Assembly (NCBI RefSeq): GCF_004010195.1
Contig: NC_057728.1
Location: forward strand, 52,530,401-52,594,400
Origin: Chiloscyllium plagiosum
Lineage: Eukaryota
Length of the DNA stretch: 64,000 nt
Reading direction: 5' to 3'
Shown here: one piece after another, positions 12,210 through 25,179 of the stretch
Layout: each line of letters begins with the position of its first letter
How positions within the stretch are numbered: position 1 is the stretch's first letter
Made by a program: the position numbers and the translations under genes
The notes under the pieces: model-generated
Told to the model about the DNA's origin: nothing
Database searches by the model: none
What the model saw: only the letters and a program-made list of their open reading frames with translations

Positions 12210-14010
12210 AATGGAAGTTGTGAACACTAAGGACGTATGTGATCATCGTCCTTTTAACTTGATTATATTATTGTGGCAACAATGGTTTACAGTTTCCTGC
12301 CATGCAGGAAGCATTTATTTTATGCAAAGTAACTTAAATAGGAATCATAATTAATACCAACAAAGCAAATGATTTGTCTGAATGCAAATTTAAACACTAA
12401 TTTAATAAACTGAAAGGCTCCTACCTCCTCTCACTATAACAAGCTCAAACAAATAGCCTTTCACAGTGCAGATTCGGTTAAAGTCCTTGCATTTTGGGAC
12501 CAGACCACAGTTTGAAGGTTTGGGAGGATCTTGAGCCAACCCAAGTTACTTGATTGCCCAGTAGCTCAAATGATTTCCATGTCTTCCCCTATTGGTTCAA
12601 TGCTTAAGTGAATAGCAACATGTGGGATTACAAATTAGAATGTTCAAATTGAATCCAAATGTATTAACAAATTTCATCTGAGAGTCCCCAATCTGCTTTG
12701 ATACCACTGGGTTGAGGAAGTAAGTAAAAATTTGCCAACTTTCACCATTTTGGCTGCTGTTTGGTGGCCCTGTTGGGAAGCACAAATGGATCAATGCAAT
12801 GAGCTGATGGGGCTTGGCTTAAAAAACTTCTCCTTCCGCCCCCTGCTCCCCCTTGCAACCACAGCATGTTGCAGCCAGAACAAAGCTCTGACAATGCTCA
12901 AAGAGCTAGGTACGAACTGCGTCCACATGTGCCATCAGAAGGGAGGAGGAACAAAAGCTGAAAAAGAGAGCAAGTTTTCAAAGGCTTGCATTGGTTTCCC
13001 ACCCAGAATCATTGATGAAAGTGATTCCTCTGTTGCTGTGGCCAGTAAGCTGAATGCATGAGTCACAGCCGGTGGCCACACGACTGGATACAGTTAAGGA
13101 TATGTTGTTCTGTGGTGGTTTGTTACTTAAGGGGTGTGCTTGTAGAATAGAGATAGCAAGTTTTACACCTCCATTTTGTGAAACCTGAGTATCTTTTGTT
13201 TAAAAGGAAAGCATTTCCTGAGGACTCAAAACTGTTCCCTTGAGTATGAAAGGAACTGTTTGAACTTTTGAATTCTGAAGTTGTTATACAACCTGTAGCA
13301 CACTTCCACAGCCTCTTATTTATGTAACATATAACTGAGTGTTTTGTTTGCTGCCTTCACGTGTTGGGTAGTGCTTAGGTAAGCTCAGTTTTCATTTTCT
13401 GTGCACAAACTTTGATTACTGTGGCAATAAAAATATCTTTACTGGCATACTGTTAAACCACTCCTGACACGAATGTTACTTAGAAGCAACACATTTTTAA
13501 CAGAAAATATGTTTTTTTTCCATGTTGGGTTTTTGTATAAACATTTTAGTCTTTGTTCAAATCATGCATCATTTTTTTTTTTGAAAAATTAAGTATATTG
13601 TGTTCATTTATCTTGAAGTCAACATTGGGTCAAACCTTTTGCTCCATTTTCATGTTTCATTTGTCATTATACAGACGACCCAGATTTTGCATCTTTCCTA
13701 TGTAATGCTGTAGTTACAGGAATTGCATCTAATTATGTAAGGTTCAAATTTCTGCTGATGAGTTTACACTGCAAATTTTTCCTGAGTTCTCAGTTTTGCC
13801 ATGTTAGTTCATAAAGACTTGACTGACTTTTTGATGGACTGAATCACTAACCAGAAACACATTTTTTAAGTGAAACCACTCTATTCTGATTACTCTAATG
13901 TCTTGATCTATGTTTAACTGACATTAACAAGTGTATAACCTGTCTCCGAAATGGATTACTTTTTTGTCTTTGCTTGAATGCAAATAAACTTTGAATTTCA
14001 GAGAATTGTG
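12210..14010 (+). other. TMTC3: Probable TMTC3 3' UTR with candidate polyadenylation signals
   Basis: AT/U-rich, largely repeat-free DNA after the stop. AATAAA at 12404, 13426 and 13983. The true 3' end cannot be determined from sequence. Confidence 0.6.
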
Positions 14011-14633
14011 TCCTTGGGCCAGTTTCTGCTTTTCTCCGGGATTTATGTGGGTTTGTCAACTGCCCCTTGTTTTGAGAATGACTCCTACCCGGGGTTGAGT
14101 TTTTTTTACCGGGAGCCTTCGTATGACTCAGCATGCTGATTGTCAAGCAGGAGGACTTTGAACTCAATAGGCAGAATTTCTCATGCAGTAGTGGGATCCA
14201 CAGTTGAGGATTTCCTTCCCTTTATTTGCTGCTGCTGCTCTGCCTCATTCTTAAGACTCAGTGACTGACCGTGAAGCCACTTGATGGGCAAGTTGTCAGC
14301 ATTTTGAGCGATTGGTTGTAAATGCTCCCAAGTCATTAATGTAAATGCTGCCACATTTCATATAGAACTTCTGAGAGTCTTTGAAGTAACACGGGGCATG
14401 TCTTTTGACTCATCCCTTCTATACTTACTTTTTATATTGCTCAAGAAAACAATGCCCACAGCCTTGTCTTTGTTTCCTGTGACTTCAGTGTAGAAGTGCT
14501 GTTTCAGCCATGGGAGAAGATTGGTGTTATAATTGGTGTTTGCTGTGGAGGAAATGGCAGAAGGAGACATGAGTATCATAGCAACCAAGTGAAGTCTTTG
14601 CAAATTTAAACTGCCAAAATATCTTGCCTTCAC

Positions 14634-14810
14634 TGTTAATATTTCGGGTTGAGTGACCTTCCTCTGAACAGGTTCTGAGGGAAGGTCCCTTGACCCAAAA
14701 TGTTAACTCTGATTTCTCTCCACGGATGCTGTCAGACTTGCTGCGCTTTTCCAGCAGTCTCTGTTTTTGTTGCTGATTTGTGGCATCTACAGTTTTTTGG
14801 GGTTTTATTG
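14634..14810 (+). mobile_element. Short PLE terminal repeat with an inverted 5' segment
   Basis: Imperfect palindrome centred near 14670, followed by the gatgctg..ttttccagc terminus. 12-bp TSD tcttgccttcac at 14622-14633 and 14811-14822. Confidence 0.75.
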
Positions 14811-15410
14811 TCTTGCCTTCACAGCCAATTCCCTTAAGCTAGCTCGTTATATAATAGCATGATAACTGTGTTTGCATATTGTAATGGTTATTGCTTCCCC
14901 AAACGTGTGAAAGGTCTCCAGTTCAAAAGTGAACAATCATTGTTATCAGTTTATGGGCTCTTGTGACACAGTGGTAGCATGTGTACCTGTAGGCCAGAAG
15001 GCCTGGGTTCAAGTTCACCTCCAGAGGTGTGTCATAATGTCTGAGCAGGTTGGTTGTGGCAGAGTCTCATCATAATTAGGTTGAAACCCAAACCAACAGG
15101 TTAATTAGCTAAAGCACTGGCCCCTGTAAGGGCTTTAACAAAAAGCCAGTTTCAAAGGAAACTTCATCAACAAACCCCGTGACAATGCCCAAAGCATGAA
15201 ACAAATGACAATATTTTCATTTTCATGAACTGAAAAGGCTGGAAACATTCAGCAGGTCAGGCCAAGCTGCATCCATAGTGACAAAGCAGAGTTAATGTTT
15301 TAAGTCCGTAATTATTTGTCAGACCTGGAAGATGTTACACGGGCACAGATGGGCGCTTCTGTGGCCACAAGCAAAACTGCAGGATGATGTGTTGCCTCTG
15401 TGGTGCCAGG

Positions 15411-17131
15411 AGAAAGTGAGGACTGCAGATGCTGGAGATCAGAGCTGAAAATGTGTTGCTGGAAAAGCGCAGCAGGTCAGGCAGCATCCAAGGAGTAGGA
15501 CAATCAACGTTTCGGGCATGAGCTCTTCTTCAGGAATGAGGAAAGTGTGCCAAGCAGGCTAAGATAAAAGGTAGGGAGGAGACACTTGGGGGAAGGGTGT
15601 TGGAAATGCGATAGGTGGAAGGAGGTTAAGGTGAGGGTGATAAGGTGAGGGTGATAGGCCAGAGTCGGGGTGGGGTCCTGTCCCCCTTAGTCCAAGAACT
15701 CCCCACCTATGTTCGAGACACCACCCACACCCTCCTCCACCTCCATGATTTTTGCTTCCCCGGTCCCCAACGCCTTATCTTCACCACGGATATCCAGTCC
15801 CTGTACACCTCCATCCCCCATTACGAATGACTCAAAGCCCTCCGCTTCTTCCTTTCCCACCGTACCAACCAGTACCCTTCCACTGACACCCTCCTTCGAC
15901 TGACTGAACTGGTCCACACTCTGAACAACTTCTCTTTCCAATCCTCCCACTTCCTCCAAACCAAAGGAGTAGCCATGGGCACCCGCATGGGCCCCAGCTA
16001 TGCCTGCCGCTTCGTAGGATATGTGGAACAGTCCATCTTCCGCAACTACACTGGCCCCAACCCCCACCTTTTCCTCCGCTACATCGATGACTGTATCGGC
16101 GCCGCCTCGTGCTCCCACGAGGAGGTTGAACAGTTCATCCACTTCACCAACACCTTCCACCCCGACCTCAAATTCACCTAGACAGTCTCAGATTCCTCCC
16201 TCCCCTCCCTCGACCTTTCTATTTCTATCTCAGGTGACCGAATCAACACGGACATCTACTACAAACCGACCGACTCCCACAGCTACCTGGACTACACCAC
16301 CTCCCANNNNNNNNNNNNNNNNNNNNNNNNNNNNNNNNNNNNNNNNNNNNNNNNNNNNNNNNNNNNNNNNNNNNNNNNNNNNNNNNNNNNNNNNNNNNNN
16401 NNNNNNNNNNNNNNNNNNNNNNNNNNNNNNNNNNNNNNNNNNNNNNNNNNNNNNNNNNNNNNNNNNNNNNNNNNNNNNNNNNNNNNNNNNNNNNNNNNNN
16501 NNNNNNNNNNNNNNNNNNNNNNNNNNNNNNNNNNNNNNNNNNNNNNNNNNNNNNNNNNNNNNNNNNNNNNNNNNNNNNNNNNNNNNNNNNNNNNNNNNNN
16601 NNNNNNNNNNNNNNNNNNNNNNNNNNNNNNNNNNNNNNNNNNNNNNNNNNNNNNNNNNNNNNNNNNNNNNNNNNNNNNNNNNNNNNNNNNNNNNNNNNNN
16701 NNNNNNNNNNNNNNNNNNNNNNNNNNNNNNNNNNNNNNNNNNNNNNNNNNNNNNNNNNNNNNNNNNNNNNNNNNNNNNNNNNNNNNNNNNNNNNNNNNNN
16801 NNNNNNNNNNNNNNNNNNNNNNNNNNNNNNNNNNNNNGATAGGTGGAAGGAGGTTAAGGTGAGGGTGACAAGGTGAGGGTGATAGCCACCTTCCTAACCT
16901 GCAATCTTCTTCCTGACCTCTCCGTCCCTACCCCCACTCCGGCCTATCACCTTCACCTTAACCTCCTTCCACCTATCACATTTCCAACGCCCCTCCCCCA
17001 AGTCCCTCCTCCCTACCTTTTATCTTAGCCTGCTTGGCACACTTTCCTCATTCCTGAAGAAGGGCTCATGCCCGAAACGTTAATTCTCAGGATGCTGCCT
17101 GACCTGTGCTTTTCCAACAACACATTTTCAG
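15411..17131 (+). mobile_element. Penelope-like retroelement (family A): inverted terminal repeat, RT pseudogene, gap, terminal repeat
   Basis: RT motifs LPTYVRDTTH, IFTTDIQSLYTSIPH, GVAMGTRMGPSYAC and LFLRYIDD at 15676-16306, with stop codons. 15411-15675 is the reverse complement of the 3' repeat at 16885-17131. 15-bp TSD ctctgtggtgccagg at 15396-15410 and 17132-17146. Confidence 0.92.
16307..16837. other. Assembly gap (531 N)
   Basis: Run of N inside the PLE. Confidence 1.
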
Positions 17132-17705
17132 CTCTGTGGTGCCAGGGTCAAGGATGCCTCTGAGCAGACACAGGATATTCTAAATGGGGGAAGGATGAGC
17201 AGCAAAAGATTGTGGTCCATATTTGTTCTAACCACATAGGCAGAAAGGTAAATGAGGCCCTGCAAAAGGAGTTAGGAAGTTGAAAAGAAGGACTTAAAAG
17301 GTTATAATTGTAGGATAACCTCCTATGCCAGGGCTGGTATTAGGAAGATACTACAGTTAAATAAATGACCTGAGAGCTGGTGTAGAAGGAATTGCTTCAG
17401 CTATGTGGAGTATGTGAGACTGCAAATGCTGGAGATCAGAGTCGAAGAGTGTGGTGCTGGAAAAGTACAGCCAGTCAGGCAGCGTCTGAGGAGCAGGAAA
17501 GTCGATATTGCAAGCATATGCTTGAAACAACAACTCTCCAGCTCATTGGGATCATTGGGATGCTGAGTTTTGCCTCACAGCTGTGAATTCACTCAGCTTG
17601 AAAATCTTTTATTGACACTCACCACAATTTTAAGAATTGAGTTTGTAGCTTCTTAATGAAACTTCCCGAATTGTTCTGGTGTTGAATTACCAGGTGCATG
17701 TGAAT

Positions 17706-18014
17706 CATCGAATCCCTACAGTGTGGGAACAGGCCATTGGCCCAACAAGCCCACACCAACCATCAAAAGAATATCCCACCAAGACCCTATTACTCTACGT
17801 TTCCCCTGACTAATGTCTCTAACCTACACATCCCTGAAGACTGTGGACAATTTAGCATGGCCAATTCACCTAACCTGCATATCTTCGGACTGTGGGAGGA
17901 AACCCACGCAGAATGTGCAAACTCCATACAGACTGTCGCCTGAGGCCAGAATTGAACCCGGGTCCCTGGCGCTGTGAGGCAGCAATGCTAGCCACTGAGC
18001 CATCATGGTGCCCA
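17706..18014 (-). mobile_element. HE1-type SINE
   Basis: Same consensus as 917-1226. Confidence 0.85.
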
Positions 18015-19244
18015 CGTGAGATATGAAATTGTTGAACAGGAAAAGAGCCATCAGGTTCATCAAGTGTCCTCTACTCTGTTGTGGTTGGACCATCATGATT
18101 TTAAAAAAGTCTCATGCACCTGCTCTTCCCAAGTCTATCAACCCATACTTCCCATTAAATCTTCTAAGAGAGGCAACAAACCTGATGACAATAATAAAGG
18201 CTCTGCAAAAATACTCCACAAAATTTCTTCAGGGTGGTGTATGACTTGGTGAGAGTTTGGAGTTAGACAAGATTGCATTATCCCGAGATGGTTGCCAAAT
18301 TGTAAAGATTACTCAGGCAATTCATTGTATATCTAATTTGTTGCCAATTCACTCAATCAGTCCAGGTTGAACAAGATATATGGATTCATCCATGCAGTCA
18401 ACAGAGCAATTAAGTTGTTTTGGAGTATTGGTGTAGTCAGTTCAGACTCAAATAACATGTGACATTATATCACATGTTTTGGGTAGAGTTCATGTGCAAT
18501 CAGATTACTTCTAATGTCCCAAATAGGTTTAATTGAGATGAAGAGGGTGAGATATTTATATAACTGGACATGGCCTGTGCGGCTTAAGGGATCAAGCAGT
18601 ATGGAGAGAAAGCGGGAATGGGATACTGAAATTGCATGATCATATTGAATGGTGGTGTAGGCTCGAAGGGCTGAATAGTCTACTCCACCTATTTTCTCTG
18701 TTTCTATCTTCTTTCTAACAAAAGAAACTCAAACTATATGGTGAACTATTTGTGCTGAAGTTGTTTTCTACAGTCCTCCAAATCAACATTAACAGCACCA
18801 AAACCATTGTAGTGAGCCTTTTTTCAATCAAGTCCACACCAATTCCCCCTCTCTTTATAGTTACTATCCTAAGCTAAACCAGGCTCTGTTTAACTGGCAC
18901 CATAGTACACTGAATCTCAGACCACTAAGAATACCAGCAGGAACTATTTTAATCTGAGAATACATTTTACTTTTTGAACTCTCATTTTGTAATTATGGTT
19001 TTCAGAATCTGTTGAAATAGGCAATAGCTGTACAGTGACAACTAATCACTGAAACCTCTACTCGTGCAAGGTATAGGATAGTTCTAATTGAAGTCTCAAT
19101 CAAGCAATTGAGTGAAGTCTAACCTAATACTTTAGTGCAGGACTAAGACTGCTGCATTGTCTGGGATGTCACCTTTCAGTTCATAACGTAAACCAAAGAC
19201 CGCTCAGCCTTTTTAGGTGGATGAATGATTCCAAGAAGCATTCA

Positions 19245-19487
19245 GAGAATCCGTATAGTGTGGAAGTCTACACTGATCTTCCAAAGAGCATCCCATCCAG
19301 ACTGACTGCATCCCTGTAACACTGCATATTCCGTGGCCAATCCACCTAACCTGCACATCTTTGGGCTGTGGTAGGAAACCTACCCAAACATGGGGAGACT
19401 GTGCAAACTCCACACAGTCACTCGAGGGTAGAATTGAACCCGGGTACCTGGAACTGTGAGGCAGCAGTGCTAACTAGTGAGCCACCA
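19245..19487 (-). mobile_element. HE1-related SINE inserted in a DeuSINE-like relic
   Basis: ccaatccacctaacctgcacatctttgg..gaggcagcagtgctaac..gagccacc. Confidence 0.75.
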
Positions 19488-19757
19488 TTAGAAGATTGTG
19501 GATTTCTGACCAATATTTATTCTTTCGCCAACCCCACCAAAACACATTATCTGGTCATTCACCTTATTACCTTTGTGATACTTTAGTACATAGTACCATT
19601 CAGATAAGGAACTCTTGGTCTTTGAGCCTGCTCTCCCATTCAATTAGATCATGGCCAATCAAGTTTTAGCCTCAACTCTACACTCCTGTATATTCCTAGT
19701 AATCTTTCATCCTTTGGTAATCAAGGATCTATCTATCCTTGCCTTAACATTATTTAT

Positions 19758-20634
19758 GGATTCTGAAGAAGGTTTCCTCAGATTACAACGGGATTTTAAT
19801 CAGATGGACCAATTGGGCTGAGAAGTGGCAGATGGAGTTTAATTTAGATAAATATGAGATGCTGCATTTTGGGAAAGCAAATCTTAGCAGGACTTATACA
19901 CTTAATAGTAAGGTCCTGGGGAGTATTGCTGAAGAGAGAGACCTTGGAGTGTAGATTTATAGCTCCTTGAAAGTGGTGTCACATAGGATAGTGAAGGCAG
20001 CGTTTGGTATGCTTTCCTTTATTGGTCAGAGTATTGAATACAGGAGTTGGGGTGTCATGTTGCGGCTGTTCAAGACATTGCTGAGGCCACTTTTGGAATA
20101 TTGCATGCAAATCTGGTCACCTTCCTAACGGAATGATGTTGTGAAACTTGAAAGGGTTCAGAAAAGATTTACAAGGGTGTTGCCAGGGTTGGAGGATTTG
20201 AGCTATAGGGAGAGGTTGAATAGGCTGGGGCTGTTTTCCCTGGAGCGTCGGAGGCTGAGGGGTGACCTTACAGAGATTTATAAAACCATGAAGGATGTGA
20301 ATAGGATAAATAGACAAAGTCTTTTCCCTGAGATGGGGGAGAACTAGAGGGTATAGGTATAAGGTGAGAGGGGAAAGATATAATAGGGACCTAAGGGGCA
20401 ACATTTTCATGCAGAGGTTGATGTGTGTATGGAGTGAGCTGCCAAAGGAAGTGGTGGAGGCTGGTATGATTGCAACATTTAAAAGGCATCTGATGGGTAT
20501 ATGAATAGGAAGGGTTTGGAGGGATATGGACCGGGTGCTGGCAGGTGGGACTAGATTGGGTTGGGATATCTGGTCGGCATGGATAAGTTGGACCGAAGGG
20601 TCTTTTTCTGTGTTGTACATCTCTATGACTCTAA
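19758..20634 (+). mobile_element. CR1 (HER1-like) LINE 3' part, nested in an older antisense CR1 end (19600-20895)
   Basis: [42 protein letters not shown] and a ctctatgactcta tail. The flanks translate on the minus strand as YAERLDRLGLYPLECRRVRGHL. Confidence 0.9.
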
Positions 20635-21950
20635 AGGAAATTCCAAGGACATTCAACCCTCTGAGGAAAAGAATGTTTCCTTACTTCTGTTTTAATAACT
20701 CTCTTATTTTTAAATAATGACCCCTAGTCCTGGATTCTCTCCTGAGAGGAAATATCTTTTTAAGCATATACCTCATCTTTCCCCTAAAGGTCTTATATGT
20801 TTCGTTTAAGTGACCTCTGACCCTTCTACACTCCAGAGGATACAGGCCCAGCCTGTCTAGCCTTTCCGCATAAGGCAATCTGCTTATTCCAGGAATGCGA
20901 ATAGAAAGTGCTAGAAAAACTCAGCAGGTCTGGCCGCATCTGTGAAGAGAAAGCAGGGTTAATTTTCCAGGTCCAGTGACCCTTCTTAAGAACTGGCCCC
21001 TTTGTCCTTTCAGGTACATTGTAATATCCACCACTATCATCCAACATCATCTGTTCTCAGCTTGTTGCCATGCGCACAGGCTGCTATCATTGTGACTGTG
21101 GGTATCCAAGCTCAAAGTGGCTGCCAGGCTCTCAGAAATTCAACAATTTGTGTGGGAAAATGACATTCAGGTAGGAGATCAGACGTGATTGAGCTGAAAA
21201 GTAGAGTAAGTTGATGGGGCCAAATCGCCAAGGCCTATTTACTATTTTCTTATGACTTAAAGCATTGCACAACCATGGACATGAAAGACAGTGATGTTTT
21301 GGTAATGTCATTGGAATAGTGAGCCAGAGACTCAGGCTGATGCATGTGGGCTCAAATGACAACGAGTTAATAAATTCTGGAATTGAAGGCTTCTGTCAGT
21401 AATGGTTGACTATGAACCTACTATTGAGCTTTGTAAAACTCCCTGTGAGTAATGAATGCTGATATTTTCAACAATGCCCACATTCTAAGAAAGATTCTTT
21501 TGAAAAAATGACACAGTTGAAGTGTAGTCACAGTTATAACGTAGGAAACATGATAGTCAATTTGTGTACAGTAAGTTCCCACTGAAAGCAATGTGCTAAT
21601 GGCTAGAATGTTTTTCTTAGTCCTGCTCCTCGGATGCTGCCTGACCTGCTGTGCTTTTCCAGCACCACTCTATTCTCGACTCTGTTTTTCTTAGTGCTAT
21701 TAGCAGTTCATGAGGACAGGCTGACAGCTGCCCTGTGCTTCTCCAAAGTAGTGCCTTTGAGATGCAGTTGCTGTAGTAATTAAGGTGGATTAATGGAAAG
21801 CAGCAGAGTTGTGCAAACAACAATAAATCAAATTGCAGTGATTGTAATGAGGTCAGTCAGGTGGACCACTTAGAATAAGAGTTCCCTGATTGGGGCTGTT
21901 AACCTGGTCCAGTCAGGGAGCGCTGGCTGACAGATATAAACAGGCATGTC

Positions 21951-22750
21951 GCAAAAAAAAGGTGTGTCCCCAGTGGAAGGCTCTCTACGCGGGAGTCCTC
22001 CCCCTTTCGGGGATCTGGGGTGGAGGGTGCTGCACGCAGTGGTCCCCTGCAACTGCAGATTGTGGTGGTTCACGGACTCCCAGCCCAACTGCTTGTTCTG
22101 TGGTACTGTGGAGTCCGTGGACCATGTGTATATTGGGTGTGGGCGTTTGCACTCCCTTTTTGATTTTCTCAAAAACCTCCTTCTCTGTTTTTGGTTGCAC
22201 TTCAGTCCCACGCTCCTGATCTTCGGGCACCCAGTACGGAGGAGGGAGGGCAGGTCTGAAGACCTCCTCGTGGGTCTGCTCCTGGGCCTGGCCAAATTGG
22301 CCATAAACAGGTCCAGGCAGCGGGCCGTGGAGGGCGTCATTAGGGCCGACTGCCTGCCCCTCTTTCGCGGTTACGTTAGAGCCTGGGTGTCCTTGAAGAA
22401 GGAGCACGCGGTGTCCACCAACACCCTGGAGTTGTTCAGGGAGAGATGGGCGCCGCAGGGAGTGGAGTGCATTATTTCCCCCTCTATTTTGATTTAACCC
22501 CTGCCCTCCCCTTCACTGTTTGATCACACAGCATTGCCCTTTGATGTGAAGGGCACTGCTTGTCACTGGCCACTCGGGTGTTTCCTTTCTTCTTGGTGGT
22601 GGAAACTGAGTAAAGATTCGTGCACTTTGTGTCTCACACCTGCACACACACAACGTGGGTGCTGGCGAAAAAAATAAGCACTACCGCAGTTAGGCGGTAG
22701 TGTGGGGGTTTAAAACAAAGAAAAAGAAAGAAAAAAATAAACAGAAAAAA
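21951..22750 (+). mobile_element. Tx1-like (L1 clade) retrotransposon 3' end, copy 1
   Basis: DLGWRVLHAVVPCN...CLFCGTVESVDHVYIGC (C-terminal CCHC zinc knuckle) ...LAKLAINRSR...FRERWAP, followed by a 3' UTR and an A-rich tail. Confidence 0.85.
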
Positions 22751-22765
22751 ATAAACAGGCAGGTC

Positions 22766-23484
22766 GCAAAAAAAGGGCGTGTCCCCAGTGGAAGGCTCTC
22801 TACGTGGGAGTCCTCTCCCTTTCTCTCGGGGATCTGGGGTGGAGGGTGCTGCACGCAGTGGTCCCCTGCAACCGCAGATTGCGGTGGTTCATGGACTCCC
22901 AGCTCAACTGCTTGTTCTGTGGTGCTGTGGAGTCCGTGGACCATGTATATATTGGGTGTGGGTGTTTGCACTCCCTTTTTGATTTTCTCAAAAGCCTCCT
23001 TCTCTGTTTTTGGTTGCACTTCAGTCCCACGCTCCTGATCTTTGGGCACCCGGTACAGAGGAGGGAGGGCAGGTCTGAAGACCTCCTCGTGGGTCTGCTC
23101 CTGAGCCTAGCCAAAATGGCCATAAACAGGTCTAGGCAGTGGGCCATGGAGGGGGTCATTGGGGTCGTTAAGGCTGACTGCCTGCCCCTCTTTCGCGGTT
23201 ACGTTAGAGCCCGGGTGTTCTGGAGAAGGAGCACATGGTGTCCACCAACACCCTGGAGTTGTTCAGGGAGAGGTGTGCGCCGCAGGGAGTGGAGTGCATT
23301 ATTTTCCCCTCCAACTCTATTTTCACTTAATCCCTGCTCTCCCCTTCATTGTTTGATCACGCAGCATTGCTCTCTGAGAAGGACACTGTTTGTCAGTGGC
23401 CACTCAGGTGTTCCCTTTCTTCCTGTTGCTAGAAATTGAATAAAGACTTATACAATTGTTGTTTTTTACTGTGAAAAAATAAAT
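22766..23484 (+). mobile_element. Tx1-like retrotransposon 3' end, copy 2 (tandem)
   Basis: Near-identical ORF2 C-terminus with a frameshift near 23220. Its 3' UTR is shorter and diverged, and ends in an A-rich tail. Confidence 0.85.
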
Positions 23485-25179
23485 AAATGGTGTGTTAGAG
23501 GTTCTGTTCACTCTGAGAGCTGCCTCTGAGGAAGCCAGACCAGTGTCAACTACTATGCATGTGTACATAAAGGGTGACTTGGTGATGGGATACTGCCCTC
23601 TGTGGAGTTATTTCACAAATCACTGATTTATTCTTCATCACAAAACCAAAAGATTGTTGATTTTCAAACTGTGCCAAGAAGTGTCTAGCGTTCATCTATG
23701 CAACTTAATATTGCTGCAGTGAAATGTTAGCCTAGATTCATAGCATCATAACATGCTACAACACAGAAAGAGACCTTTCGGCCCACCAGACCTATGTCAA
23801 CTAGTTATCCAGTTGGTCCTATCAGTGTCTTGTGATGCAGAAATAATGTCCCTGTCTCTGGGCTGGAAGGTACAGGTTCCAGTTCCACATATCCTTGAGA
23901 TCTTTCATAATTTGTCCAGTTAACCCCCTTCCCTGGCTCTGTATCCAACACCCTGTAAACATCCCCATTCAAATATTTATACAATTACCTTTTGAAAGAT
24001 ATTATTATACGCCACTCTAATTCCCTTTCAGGCAGTGCAATCCAGAACTACATTGCTGCCTCAGGTAAATTACTTTCATTGCCCCTTCTAGCCAAAGATT
24101 GAACTGTAGGAAGTTTCATTTCATCGCTTTTAACCTGCATCCCATCCACCACCTTCAACATTCACTCCCTTCACCACCAATGCACAGTGAAAGTAGCAGT
24201 GTGTACCATCTAGAAGATGCATTGGAGCAATTCACAAAAGGTCCTGTTTTACAAACCAACAACCTCTACCCCTTAGAAGGACAAGGACAGCAGATACCAC
24301 CATTTGCAGGTTTCCCTCCAATCTGTACACTTGGAAGTACCTCACTGAGCCTTCCCTATTGCTGTGTCAAAATCCTGGAATTCCCAATCCCATGGCACTA
24401 TGGATGTCCCTCCACTGTGTAGATTACAGAAGTTGAAGAATGCAGATCATCACTACCTTCTCAAGGACATTAGAGATAAATAAATGTCAGCCCAGCCAAC
24501 AATGTGAATGAACATGAAAACTTATTTAACATTAAGTTTTTATTTATTTAAAAGCAACTTCAAAGGGGCTGAATTGAGATAATGTTTACGATCAACTTTT
24601 TTCCCCAGTAAATTACTAAAGATAAGAGTAGAGTAGATTAACCTGCTATTGCTCATTCGGGTCCGGATTGAAAGTTTAGCAGTCACTGGAATTTATTCTT
24701 TGTGCCAGACATGGTATTGAATGATTCTTAAATGTTGTCCAGTTAATTAATTGGAATTGGTAGCTTTCGTGATGTCAGTCCAAGGTCACAGGAAGTGAAA
24801 TTTAGAATTGAGCACTGTAAGGGTGGCAGGGTTCTTTGCATTTGTTTTCCAATGATTCCAGACGGTATTTATGAAAAGTATTTCCAAGTAACTATGTTAA
24901 TCAGGGTTGGTTTCTGACTCAAAATGGTTAAGTGTTGCCAACTCGGCCAAACTGTAACAGTTTACCAGGAAGTTTGGCAGCAACATTATATATGACCTTA
25001 AACAGAAAGTTCTATAAAGCTGAAAAATCCCCGAAAAATCTTACATATGTATCAGATATCTGGAATATGCTGAAGGCTGTGGTACGCTTAGAGTCTTGGT
25101 TACATCTATTAATTACTTTTAGCTTTGTTCTCACACATTGTAGTGTCCTCTTGATCTCATCATTGTAATGACAGACGAG

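Larger units (their letters stand above)
15340..17400 (+). mobile_element. Degenerate CR1 ORF1 (SGNH esterase-like) fragment hosting the PLE insertion
   Basis: Removing the PLE rejoins aggatgatgtgttgcctctgtggtgccagggtcaaggatgcctctgag (RMMCCLCGARVKDASE), which resembles the CR1 ORF1 'CLPGARV' motif. A VVHI(G/C)xN-like motif follows near 17212. Confidence 0.6.
21843..23615 (+). mobile_element. Solo-LTR-like element (TG...CA) interrupted by Tx1 copies
   Basis: Starts TGTAATGAGG, with CCAAT-type (attgg) and TATAAA motifs at 21889-21940. Resumes at ~23485 and ends ...GAGTTATTTCA. No clear TSD seen. Confidence 0.55.

Noticed and set aside
16021..16842. 273-aa ORF
   Set aside because: Artefact of translating through the N gap in an off-frame of the PLE RT.
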